From assembly GCA_000004985.1 (NCBI GenBank), contig GG738940.1: a DNA stretch of 39,839 bases; one strand, written 5' to 3'. The position numbers were made by a program, and so were the translations under genes. Numbering within the stretch: position 1 is the first letter of the stretch; each line of letters starts with the position of its first letter. Shown piece by piece: positions 1 to 9,589 of this stretch. The stretch comes from Naegleria gruberi (lineage: Eukaryota). The notes below the pieces were generated by a model. That model saw only the letters and a list, made by a program, of their open reading frames with translations. It was not told where the DNA came from and searched no databases.

Positions 1-122
1 TACGAAGGAATTTTCTCCAAAATATTACTTTCAAATATTCAAATGGATGAAAGAATTGGAAAAATTAACTGTTTACAAAAAATCATCGTAATTCGCCCAA
101 TAAATAGTGGAAATTAAAAAAA

Positions 123-1610
123 ATGTCAACAACAACTACCAAAGAATCTTCTACCGAAACAGCAACAACAAATAATCAGAGTCATGATTTTGCTTATCTC
201 GATTCATCGGATCAAATATTTCAACTCTTAATGGCCAGAGAAAAAACAAAACAATTAGAATACGAAATTAAATTAAAAGAATTAAATTTACTACAAAATC
301 AATCACTATTAAAAAAACGATCATTTGATACATTTAATCAAATGATGAATGGACATGATGATCAAGATCAATATAATTCAAGTAATGTATTAAAAAAACA
401 AAAGAAGGCAAATTTATGTCAAGATGNNNNNNNNNNNNNNNNNNNNNNNNNNNNNNNNNNNNNNNNNNNNNNNNNNATCATCATCATCATCGATAATATT
501 GTTACTCAAGAAGAAGAATTAGCCTCTGGATCTGTTGAAAATAATTTAATTCCTTCCTTTGATTTATTACCCTCAACTCAACATTCTATTGTACCATCAC
601 TAAAAACCAATCCACTCACATCATCACCAACAACACCAAGTAATTCAGGTTTAGTTGGTTCTTCATCTGATAATAAGAGAACCTATCAATCTATGATATC
701 GGCACTTTCCTTAACACAACATCAAGAAGCAGCTGATAATGAAGAGGCATCATCACCAACATCACCAAATAGTACAAATAATCAGTCTTTATTGGATCAA
801 TCCACTTTGGAATCTGATAAGAAAAAGACAAGAAGAACAAAAACTAAGACATCTTCATCTTCTGCTTCAAATAAGAATTGTAGAGATGATTCTTCCCTGC
901 GATTATTAACACGTAAATTTATTCATTTAATTGCTGATGCAAAAGATGGTGTTTTGGATTTAAATCATGCAGCAGAAACACTAAGTGTTCAAAAACGTAG
1001 AATTTATGATATTACCAATGTATTAGAAGGAATAGGATTAATTGAAAAGAAATCTAAGAATAATATTCAATGGCTAGGTACAGGTATTGCAGTAAATGCA
1101 CCTGAAAATTGTGAGCAAGTTAAAATCATTCAAAATGAAATTGCTCAAATTGAATATCAAGAAAGACAAGTTGATCAATTAATTTATCATGTACAGGAAT
1201 CTCTTAGATGCTTAAACGAAAGTGAACAAAATAGAAGATTAGCATTCGTTACCTATGATGATGTTTTAGATATTTCAACATTGAAGGATAGAACTGTTAT
1301 TGCTATTAAAGCTCCTTCAGGTACAACTTTAACAGTTCCTGATCCTGATGAAGGTATGGAAATGGGAAAGAGAAGATATCAAATATTTTTGAAATCACCT
1401 GCTGAACCTATTGATGTTTATCTTGTGGATAGAGATTCTGATCAACAACAACAAGCTAATCATTCTGGAGATCCAATGTTGGAAAATGTTGTGACGACAC
1501 CTGTTAATCAAACATTTGAAGAAAAACAAGCTAATCAACAAACTAATAGTGGTGATGATTTTATGTTTGAAATGGAATCTGGTGAAGGTGTATCTGATTT
1601 GTTCTTATAA
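123..1610 (+). CDS. E2F-family transcription factor (winged-helix DNA-binding domain, dimerisation coiled coil, marked box, C-terminal pocket-protein-binding motif); contains the 50-N gap at 427..476
   Basis: The motif RRIYDITNVLEGIGLIEKKSKNNIQWLG is the canonical E2F DNA-binding signature. Downstream are a leucine-zipper/coiled-coil segment, a marked-box-like segment (KRRYQIFLKSPAEPIDVYLV) and a C-terminal EGVSDLF tail resembling the Rb-binding D-x-x-DLFD motif. The ATG sits after an A-rich leader. Confidence 0.8.
   Translation: MSTTTTKESSTETATTNNQSHDFAYLDSSDQIFQLLMAREKTKQLEYEIKLKELNLLQNQSLLKKRSFDTFNQMMNGHDDQDQYNSSNVLKKQKKANLCQDXXXXXXXXXXXXXXXXXIIIIIDNIVTQEEELASGSVENNLIPSFDLLPSTQHSIVPSLKTNPLTSSPTTPSNSGLVGSSSDNKRTYQSMISALSLTQHQEAADNEEASSPTSPNSTNNQSLLDQSTLESDKKKTRRTKTKTSSSSASNKNCRDDSSLRLLTRKFIHLIADAKDGVLDLNHAAETLSVQKRRIYDITNVLEGIGLIEKKSKNNIQWLGTGIAVNAPENCEQVKIIQNEIAQIEYQERQVDQLIYHVQESLRCLNESEQNRRLAFVTYDDVLDISTLKDRTVIAIKAPSGTTLTVPDPDEGMEMGKRRYQIFLKSPAEPIDVYLVDRDSDQQQQANHSGDPMLENVVTTPVNQTFEEKQANQQTNSGDDFMFEMESGEGVSDLFL
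427..476. other. assembly gap (50 N) inside the E2F CDS
   Basis: N run in the sequence; (ATC)n triplets abut it. Confidence 0.99.
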
Positions 1611-1752
1611 AGTCTTATTTTACTACTCTACTTCTTAATAACTTTTAATGTGGATACATTGAGCGACAAATTTTCCTCAATAAAATCAAAATTAGGTATG
1701 ATATTCACTAGAACGGCCTAAATAATAATAGATTCTGAATCAAGAAGAAGAA

Positions 1753-2880
1753 ATGGCAAGACAATATTACAACTCCAATTCTTCAAATGATAGTGGATCT
1801 GGAGATGATATGATGTACATGACTGACGACGAGGACATGTTCAGAGAAATTAACTCTATGGAAGATTACTTCTCTCAAAGTCAAGAAACAAACACAAGCC
1901 CTGGACAATCCGATCAAAATTATGAAGATATCAAATGGGAGGATGACCCTAATGAAGATTTCCATGGCTTTACAACTCAATCAGATTCAGCCAATGTATT
2001 CTTATGTGATGAATGGCTAGTAGTGCTGGTAGAAGTGTTGAAAGAAGAAGTCTTTCTAAACAAATGGATTCATTTGCACCTCCTCCTCCAGTTATGAGAG
2101 GTAAGGAATCTTCATTGTATTCATTGCCTCCACCACCATCATCAGAATCAAGAAGTAGATCCTCCCTTGGTAATACTATCCTTCCTTAAGAAGGATGAAA
2201 AAGCTCCAAAAGAAAAAGAAAATGAAGAAAAGGCCAAAAACCCACTGTCCAATCAATCTCATGCGTCATTCTTTGCAAACTTTAAACCGAGCACTATGGT
2301 TACACTTAATACAAATCAGTTACCTGAAAATGTGAGACAAGTCTCTAAAGTTACTCAAGCACAACAAAAACCAACAGAAGATTCTACAAGTACAGCCGAA
2401 GACGAACTTGCTGAAACACTTTCCAAATTGAATATCAATAACACTGCCCTCACCACTAAATTTGATCCAAAGAAGATTACTTTCACTCTTGAAAAGAAAG
2501 GAAGCAAGGAAGTTTATGACTTGACCAACCCTTCCAAAGAGAAGAAGTCCATTCCATCATTCAATCCAGGAGATGTTATTCAATTTTCAGTTAAGAATAA
2601 TAATGAGAAAGAATTTATCGAAAAGACAAACCTGATTGTGGGTACAACTATTCCAATAAGGTCGATTGTCACATTCTCTGACAAGTCAACTGGCTTTACT
2701 CAAATGAAAGAAACAGTTGCCACAAGTCAAATAGTACAAATTCCAAATATAAGAGTAACTAATCCAACATGCAAGAAGAAGGCAAAGATTGTCACAATTG
2801 TATTATTTGTTAAATTTATCGAGTCCGGAAAAGAAAGAATTTTCACAACCAAGAGAAGAATAATGGTTGTTAATAAATAA
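1753..2880 (+). CDS. hypothetical acidic / Ser-Pro-rich protein. The reading frame is interrupted twice: frame 1 to frame 0 near 2010, and back to frame 1 near 2185. The C-terminal ~200-aa globular region is of unknown function.
   Basis: Long ORFs in the same frame (1753..2097 and 2167..2880) are separated by a single in-frame TGA. Between about 2013 and 2189, frame 0 reads as low-complexity coding sequence (MASSAGRSVERRSLSKQMDSFAPPPPVMRGKESSLYSLPPPPSSESRSRSSLGNTILP), while frame 1 reads as Leu-rich noise. No family assignment is possible from sequence. Confidence 0.35.
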
Positions 2881-2997
2881 TTTTCACCTTATTGATTTAA
2901 CCATGTGTTATGTAAAACGCAATCAAACGAAATTCTCCTTTGCAATGAAACAAGCTATTATCATTATATCAAGGATATATTCAAGGATTTAATAAAA

Positions 2998-3070
2998 TCC
3001 CGTGTAGTCCAATGGCTAGGATACCTGGCTTTCACCCAGGAGGTCCGGGTTCAATTCCCGGCATGGGAGG
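2998..3070 (+). tRNA. tRNA-Glu (anticodon UUC)
   Basis: The sequence is TCCCGTGTAGTCCAATGGCTAGGATACCTGGCTTTCACCCAGGAGGTCCGGGTTCAATTCCCGGCATGGGAG(G). It has a 7-bp acceptor stem with one G-U pair. The anticodon stem is CCTGG/CCAGG with loop CTTTCAC, so the anticodon is TTC. The T-arm is CCGGG-TTCAATT-CCCGG with the GTTC motif. It closely resembles eukaryotic tRNA-Glu-TTC genes. Confidence 0.85.
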
Positions 3071-3162
3071 ATGATTTTACCCTTTAAATATTATTATCAT
3101 AAATTGTTGTCTTTATTTCTCATGTTATATTCAAGGTGATTAGAGAAAAATTGTCAATTATT

Positions 3163-3615
3163 TTACAAGGATGGTTTGATGATTGGCTTTGATGGCTTCT
3201 TGCATGTCTTTCTCTTGATACAAATCTTCTTCTTAATTGACTTGCAACACTTCTTCTTTCCACCAACTAATTTGAATTTCTTACAAATCTTCTTTCCCTT
3301 TGAACGTTTCAAACACTTCTTATAATACTTCTTCTTGATACATCTTGGGGGAATGACAATTGACTTGGCACAATACTTCTTCTTATTATATTTAACACAT
3401 TTAGAAAGAGTCTTCTTGTGCTTACAGAACTTGATTGTCTTATGCTTGGCACAGAAGAATTTCTTCTTAATGAGACAACATTTCTTGACTGATTTTCTCT
3501 CCTTACAGTATTTAACCTTCTTATACTTGGCACATTTCTTTGCCCATGAAACAATCTTACACTTTTTAACATATCTACATTTGGCAACCTTCTTATTGTA
3601 GGAATCAACAGTGTA
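3163..3615 (-). CDS. Lys/Cys-rich periodic-repeat protein. This is the 3' part of a gene: the ORF is open up to the edge of the gap and ends at a TAA at 3163..3165. Its function is unknown.
   Basis: Reverse-complement translation gives 150 sense codons with no stop: YTVDSYNKKVAKCRYVKKCKIVSWAKKCAKYKKVKYCKERKSVKKCC...KKICIKRKTCKKPSKPIIKPSL*. Cys recurs every ~9 residues among Lys. The ORF track misses it because there is no in-frame start within 60 codons. The underlying DNA shows a 27-nt imperfect periodicity. Confidence 0.45.
   Translation of the reverse strand, partial: YTVDSYNKKVAKCRYVKKCKIVSWAKKCAKYKKVKYCKERKSVKKCCLIKKKFFCAKHKTIKFCKHKKTLSKCVKYNKKKYCAKSIVIPPRCIKKKYYKKCLKRSKGKKICKKFKLVGGKKKCCKSIKKKICIKRKTCKKPSKPIIKPSL
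3330..3600. repeat. imperfect tandem periodicity of ~27 nt (cttggcaca... / ttcttcttaat... units) underlying the K/C-rich ORF
   Basis: Recurring cttggcaca and ttcttctta motifs lie at multiples of 9 codons (by eye). Confidence 0.4.
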
Positions 3616-4429
3616 NNNNNNNNNNNNNNNNNNNNNNNNNNNNNNNNNNNNNNNNNNNNNNNNNNNNNNNNNNNNNNNNNNNNNNNNNNNNNNNNNNNNN
3701 NNNNNNNNNNNNNNNNNNNNNNNNNNNNNNNNNNNNNNNNNNNNNNNNNNNNNNNNNNNNNNNNNNNNNNNNNNNNNNNNNNNNNNNNNNNNNNNNNNNN
3801 NNNNNNNNNNNNNNNNNNNNNNNNNNNNNNNNNNNNNNNNNNNNNNNNNNNNNNNNNNNNNNNNNNNNNNNNNNNNNNNNNNNNNNNNNNNNNNNNNNNN
3901 NNNNNNNNNNNNNNNNNNNNNNNNNNNNNNNNNNNNNNNNNNNNNNNNNNNNNNNNNNNNNNNNNNNNNNNNNNNNNNNNNNNNNNNNNNNNNNNNNNNN
4001 NNNNNNNNNNNNNNNNNNNNNNNNNNNNNNNNNNNNNNNNNNNNNNNNNNNNNNNNNNNNNNNNNNNNNNNNNNNNNNNNNNNNNNNNNNNNNNNNNNNN
4101 NNNNNNNNNNNNNNNNNNNNNNNNNNNNNNNNNNNNNNNNNNNNNNNNNNNNNNNNNNNNNNNNNNNNNNNNNNNNNNNNNNNNNNNNNNNNNNNNNNNN
4201 NNNNNNNNNNNNNNNNNNNNNNNNNNNNNNNNNNNNNNNNNNNNNNNNNNNNNNNNNNNNNNNNNNNNNNNNNNNNNNNNNNNNNNNNNNNNNNNNNNNN
4301 NNNNNNNNNNNNNNNNNNNNNNNNNNNNNNNNNNNNNNNNNNNNNNNNNNNNNNNNNNNNNNNNNNNNNNNNNNNNNNNNNNNNNNNNNNNNNNNNNNNN
4401 NNNNNNNNNNNNNNNNNNNNNNNNNNNNN
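3616..4429. other. assembly gap (814 N)
   Basis: N run. ORFs in the track that span it (3605..5152 on minus, 3611..4447 on plus) are artefacts of translating N. Confidence 0.99.
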
Positions 4430-5455
4430 TTTCGTATAGTTCAATAGAGTTTCTGCTGCCTTATTCACATACTTTATAAGTTTATCATTGGCAGTCATGA
4501 CAACAATTGCATCAACCATTCCTTCAAGAATTTGAATAAGTTCACTACTTTCCTCATTAGAATCTCTTAAACTTGAAGAGATTGTTGGTGGTGATTTGTT
4601 TGTTGGTAAAGAAATATTTGAAGAAATGTAAAGTTTCAGATAACGTTGTCCTGAATTTCTGTAATTTGCCAAACAAAGTTTAAAATCATCTTCCTTCTTC
4701 AATGTAATAATATCATCATCTTCATCCTTATATTTCAATTGAATTTGATTGGTAGAGGAAAGAATTGGTTTTCTAGATAAAACTTCCATTTTAACTTTTT
4801 GTAAAGTTAACTCATCCTCAGGAGAGAATCTTAAAATTGTTGCATCTGATTGATTTTCAAGAGAATCATAACATTTAATCATTATATCACTAGTAGGAAT
4901 ATTACTATTCGAATTAAAACTATGAACACTATCATTATCATTCATTGTTGATTGATAGGAAGTCATTGACCTAGTTTCCAGTGATGGTTTTCCTTGCATT
5001 ATTGTTCCTTGATAACTTGATTGATTTTCCATTGTTGTATTGCTGGTAGAGGAGGGTGGATCATCTTCCTCTGTGAGAAATTCATTGTGTTGAACTAGGT
5101 AGTCTAATTGTTTTTTCAATCTTTTACGATGACCTAATTTGGATATTTTCAAGTCTTTGACTAAATCATCATCAGTTAATTCTAATAATTCTGCACCTGT
5201 AATATCCCTATATATATATATATATAAAATATTGAAATTGGAAGAATAAACGAAAGAAGAATTAACCTACATTTTTTCAAATTCCTTGCAATAGTCTTGC
5301 AAATCAATTGATTTTAACCACAGAGACACATCTTTAGCACTCCAATCACAAATAGCCTTTTCCAATAACTTTTTCCTAATTTTAATCTTTTCATCGTCGT
5401 CAGTGGTGGATGTTGAATTTTTGTTACCCTTGAAGAAACCAGCAAGTTTTTTCAT
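4430..5455 (-). CDS. SAM-PB1-PAS domain protein, 5' portion. Exon 1 is 5455..5271, the intron is 5270..5208 (63 nt, GT..AG), and exon 2 runs from 5207 down into the gap.
   Basis: The SAM domain is split by the intron: ...WSAKDVSLWLKSIDLQDYCKEFEK | MDITGAELLELTDDDLVKDLKISKLGHRKRLKKQLDYL. The PB1 domain is ILRFSPEDELTLQKVKMEVL...QLKYKDEDDDIITLKKEDDF (type-I/II PB1 signature YKDEDGD). A PAS-like start (ILEGMVDAIVVMTANDKLIKYVNKAAETLL) then runs into the gap. Confidence 0.6.
5209..5226. repeat. (TA)9 microsatellite inside the intron of the SAM-PB1-PAS gene
   Basis: tatatatatatatatata read directly. Confidence 0.9.
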
Positions 5456-6014
5456 CTTTTTGAATGTTGAATGATGTGGAGAAGTAATGTTGTTTTTTTT
5501 TAATGTTTTTTTTGAAGTCTATAAAATTCTCCATTAATGGATGCCTTCAAAAATGCCGTCAAATGTCAATGTTAGAATATGTCCAAATTAGTGTTTTATA
5601 ATAAGAACTAGCTAGATGCAACAGTTTGGAAATAACAACATCTAAATTCTCAAAGTGGAAAGAGGTAATTGTTTTTAAACATTTCCTTACTGATATTTGG
5701 TTCATTATAGTATTTCGAAAACAATTACTCAATACAACTTATTAACAAAGATTATCAGTGCACTTTTTTATCTAAAATATTTAACACCTGCATTATGATA
5801 TGCAATACGATGATGTCCTATGAAGATCGAATAAGAACATCACAAAAGGTCCATTTTATTTTCGCGCTCTTTTTTGTATGAAGATTTAACCTCAATGGAC
5901 GTTAAAATATCAGAAAAAAAAGCCTTACAGAAGAGGGAAGTTTTGAGGCTCAAGCATATCTGTAATCATACTACAGCCTTATTAAAATTGTTTTGTGTAT
6001 AGACGAGAGAAGAA

Positions 6015-7769
6015 ATGGATGCAAGAGCTGCTGCATGTTTGAGTGATGATGAGGATGAGTTTCAAACATTTACTACCTCAAGACCAACAGAAGAGGAATA
6101 CAATCAATTGAATATCACTGGAATTTCGGAAGATTTGTTGATGAATAATAATGTAATTTTTGATACTTCTAACTTGGATAAGTATAATGAGGATGAGGAA
6201 AATATGTACACTGCAAGAAGTCACATGACTCAGGCAACTCCGAGAACAAGTAGATTGTATGAAAAGAAGATTGTTCCTCAACAAGGAGTTCCTTTGAGAG
6301 ATCCAATAGAGCATCATCAAATCATTTCAAGAGCATCTGATTGTATCAAACATTTAAAAACAGCTTTAAATTCACCAATTAACACCAGTAGTACACAAGA
6401 GGAATCCAAGAATGCACTCTCATCACTCAGGATGATGGATGAGCTTGACTATTCCTCTCAGTATGAAATTTACCAATCTCCTTATGAACAAAAATTGAGC
6501 AAGGTTTCTCAATTGAAGGCTAAACTCACAGAGAAAGCATCTCCAAGGTATATGGAACCTAAGAAGCAAATCACCCCTCCAAAAGAAACGTTCTCTCCTC
6601 AACTCAATAGTAAATCAGCAAAATCCTCCCCAAGATATTTGGATTTTATGAAATCTCCAAAGCAAGAGAAAACTGCAAGACAAATAGTTCAAGAGAAGAA
6701 GGATTTGGAACTTTCAAGAAGAATGCCATATGTTAAAACTTCACCAAGCAAGACAATTACCTCTCCAAGAAATATTACCTCCCCTAAATCAAGAAGCAAC
6801 TCTTTTAAATCTGACCCACCCCATATACCAGCCCTTCCAAACAAGAACTCAACTGGTAAAAAAACAACTCTCGTTAAAAAGCTAAAAGGAGACAATTTAT
6901 TGCAAGTTAGTGATATTAATGAAAGTTTTGAAGAAGAAAACCTATTGGATGAAAGTATTGAAGAAAGTGCATTATACGATAATGATGACGATAACGAATT
7001 TTCAAACATTGAAACCACTTTGAACGAGTTAGATCATATAGATGAAATTGGATTGGAAAGTCCACCAGACACATTATTTATTACTTCTGACAATTTAGAA
7101 CAGCTCATAGAAGAAAGGAACAAACAAGAAGAAAATGACCCACCAACTGATGTAGATATTGTAGATCAAAGTCAATCACCTGAATCGTCAGAAAATGATG
7201 AATTCCATATTTCAATTGACGAAGATGCGGTGTTTAACAATGAAAACGTCGAAGAGGCCCCAGAGCATGCTGATGAGATAACCATTGGCAATGATGAAAA
7301 GCAAATTGAGAAATTAGATGATATTTCCTCTGAAACCCAAGTTGAAGAAAGTGAACTACAAGAAACACCCATTGAAGTATCTGACCTCTCCACTACTTCA
7401 AATGTTGGAGATTCAATGGAAACAGAGATAGCTGGACACTTCACAACTTCCAATGTTGAAGAAATACAAGAAACACCTGTTAAACTATCTGAGCACTGCA
7501 CTGAAACTATAGAATCAGAGAGTGCAAGTATCATTCCTGAAGATGTTTCCCAAGTCGAAGCGAAATCAGAAGGGGGAATCGAAAATTCTCCAAGTAAGGT
7601 AGATACTGAATTTGAAACATCAGACAAAGTATTAGTAGATGAAGTGTCCTCAGCCGAAAATTTTCAAACAGAAGAACCAATCATAGGAACAATCCAAGAA
7701 AAACCCCAAAAGCCAAAAAAGAAGAATAACAAGAACAAAAAGAATAAGAATAAGAACAAGAAAAAGTAA
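6015..7769 (+). CDS. hypothetical acidic, Ser/Thr/Glu-rich low-complexity protein with a basic KKKNNKNKKNKNK C-terminal tail
   Basis: 584-codon ORF starting at an ATG. Composition is acidic; the C-terminus is lysine-rich, resembling a nuclear localisation signal. There are no recognisable domains. Confidence 0.55.
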   Translation: MDARAAACLSDDEDEFQTFTTSRPTEEEYNQLNITGISEDLLMNNNVIFDTSNLDKYNEDEENMYTARSHMTQATPRTSRLYEKKIVPQQGVPLRDPIEHHQIISRASDCIKHLKTALNSPINTSSTQEESKNALSSLRMMDELDYSSQYEIYQSPYEQKLSKVSQLKAKLTEKASPRYMEPKKQITPPKETFSPQLNSKSAKSSPRYLDFMKSPKQEKTARQIVQEKKDLELSRRMPYVKTSPSKTITSPRNITSPKSRSNSFKSDPPHIPALPNKNSTGKKTTLVKKLKGDNLLQVSDINESFEEENLLDESIEESALYDNDDDNEFSNIETTLNELDHIDEIGLESPPDTLFITSDNLEQLIEERNKQEENDPPTDVDIVDQSQSPESSENDEFHISIDEDAVFNNENVEEAPEHADEITIGNDEKQIEKLDDISSETQVEESELQETPIEVSDLSTTSNVGDSMETEIAGHFTTSNVEEIQETPVKLSEHCTETIESESASIIPEDVSQVEAKSEGGIENSPSKVDTEFETSDKVLVDEVSSAENFQTEEPIIGTIQEKPQKPKKKNNKNKKNKNKNKKK

Positions 7770-7775
7770 ATCTAT

Positions 7776-9275
7776 TTATTTTTGAAAGGTTGCAGACATT
7801 TCGTCATCCTCAATGAAAGAATCATCACTGTTCTTACTCATTTTCAATATTCTTCGCAGTCTATCAAGTTCTTTTCTGCATTCAGATAGCTCTCTTGATG
7901 TTTTATCCTGATAATCTGAAAAATTCTTTTGTTGCTTTACAACCAAGTCTTCCAATTCATTTCCTGAACTCTTTTCATTCCTCAGTTCGGTTTGTAACTT
8001 TTCATTCATTACTAAATTCTTCTTATTCTCTGACTCGTAATGGGAAGCTAAGTTCTTATAAAATATTACCTTCGTTTCTTCTTCAAAGTTTTGTGAACTA
8101 TTAGCTCTCTGTATTTCTTTTAGTAATTTTGATGCTTCATTCTCTGCACTAATCTTGTATTGAACAAATTCGGACCGAGTGGAAGTCAATTCATCTTTCA
8201 ATTTGTCAGCTGTGTCCTTCCAACTTTTAATTTGAGCTTCCAGCTCCTTGACCTCTCTATCTCTGCTTGCGTTTATGGAATCGATTACTGTTTGCCTGTC
8301 CATTGATGGAGAAAGTTGGGATGCCTGTGATGGAGAGGATAAGTTCTTTTTGCTGTTACTAGGTGAATCCTTCTTTGACTTTGGTGTTGAAAATGGGCTT
8401 AATTTGTTTCCCTTTAAGCTGTCTTCTTTATCATCTTGCTCTGGGAACATTTCCTCAATTTCCTCTTCGTCTGATGATGAGGATTCAGTATCCTCAAAGT
8501 AAGTGTGACCTCCTTCACCATTCATATTCATCCCACTTCTAAATCGAATGAGTTTTTGATCAATATCATTTGATATATGCATTTGGTTCAACTTTTTGAT
8601 TTCCAATGTCAGCTCTTTAATTTTTCGCTTCTTTTTATCAAGCTCTTGACTCAATTTTTCTATATACTTGGTATAGAGTCTTTCTTTATCTTCAGACCCT
8701 TCCTTTTCCTTCGATTTTGGTTTCTTTTCCTCATAAAACCCTAAACTTGTTTCTGCTCTTCCTCTTGTATCATTGAAACTCTTATTTGAAGTTATATTAT
8801 TGTGTACTTGTGTTGTATTACTGGAAACAAAGTTTTTAGTTTGAGGAGTTGGTGATATCGACCTCAATATATTACCGTTCGATTTTTCAGTTTGTAAACT
8901 TGGAAGTAACTGATTGGCACTACTTCTTTTCACTAAAAGATTTTTCCCATTAGTCGTTTGTATAGGTTGTAATAAGGTAGGTATTCCTGAGCCTACGGAA
9001 GTACCTGGAGGAGATAAATTATAATGTGTTGAAGGTTGATGAGAATGATTATATTGTTGATGATGAGGATTTATATTATTTTGAATTGATCCGTTCGATG
9101 TTGAAGGTTGAAAAGCTACAATCAAATTATTTGGGGGAGGTATATTATTTAAATATTTAGAAGGCTTTCGGGTGAACCCATTTCCATTATTTGATATCGA
9201 TGAAGTGGCAGGTAATTGAGGTGTTGGAGGAAGGTGAGCATAATGATGAGAAACTGAATTTCTGTCCAACATCAT
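7776..9275 (-). CDS. hypothetical coiled-coil protein with a Q/N/S-rich N-terminus
   Basis: 499-codon ORF. Heptad-like, K/E-rich segments are present (ELTLEIKKLNQ, KELEAQIKSWKDTADKLKDEL). It is convergent with the preceding gene, with only 6 bp between the two stop codons. Confidence 0.55.
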   Translation of the reverse strand: MMLDRNSVSHHYAHLPPTPQLPATSSISNNGNGFTRKPSKYLNNIPPPNNLIVAFQPSTSNGSIQNNINPHHQQYNHSHQPSTHYNLSPPGTSVGSGIPTLLQPIQTTNGKNLLVKRSSANQLLPSLQTEKSNGNILRSISPTPQTKNFVSSNTTQVHNNITSNKSFNDTRGRAETSLGFYEEKKPKSKEKEGSEDKERLYTKYIEKLSQELDKKKRKIKELTLEIKKLNQMHISNDIDQKLIRFRSGMNMNGEGGHTYFEDTESSSSDEEEIEEMFPEQDDKEDSLKGNKLSPFSTPKSKKDSPSNSKKNLSSPSQASQLSPSMDRQTVIDSINASRDREVKELEAQIKSWKDTADKLKDELTSTRSEFVQYKISAENEASKLLKEIQRANSSQNFEEETKVIFYKNLASHYESENKKNLVMNEKLQTELRNEKSSGNELEDLVVKQQKNFSDYQDKTSRELSECRKELDRLRRILKMSKNSDDSFIEDDEMSATFQK

Positions 9276-9589
9276 TTCAAACCAGATTAAAATTACTATT
9301 ATTTGATGATGATTATTACTACAAGGAATGATGAATTCTCACTCCAGTGATACAGACTTGACACAATAAGTTTTAAGAATTGCAATAAAGCCTTAGTAAA
9401 AATTTTTATATTGAGCAGCAACAACACAAAAACAATTAAAAGAAAAATTTTTTTTGGAGATAGTGAAGAGGAACAAGAACAACCGACACTAACGAAAAGT
9501 GTAGAGTAAGGCTAATACTGTCTGTTAAAGAAATCACGCTAGCCTCTTTTCATATTTGGAATATTCGTAAATGGTTCCAATTAAAAAAA

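Noticed and set aside
2905-3087. 60-aa plus-strand ORF
   Set aside because: It overlaps the tRNA-Glu gene. The ORF is an artefact of translating a structured RNA.
3335-3601. 88-aa plus-strand Leu/Phe-rich ORF
   Set aside because: It is the complement of the Lys/Cys-rich periodic repeat. The hydrophobic Leu/Phe composition is the mirror image of AAG/AAA-rich sense codons. The minus-strand reading is the more plausible one.
3605-5152. 515-aa minus-strand ORF and the 278-aa plus-strand ORF 3611..4447 spanning the 814-N gap
   Set aside because: Their continuity is produced by translating N as X. Only the real-sequence part (4430..5152, belonging to the SAM-PB1-PAS gene) is meaningful. The plus-strand ORF is essentially all X.
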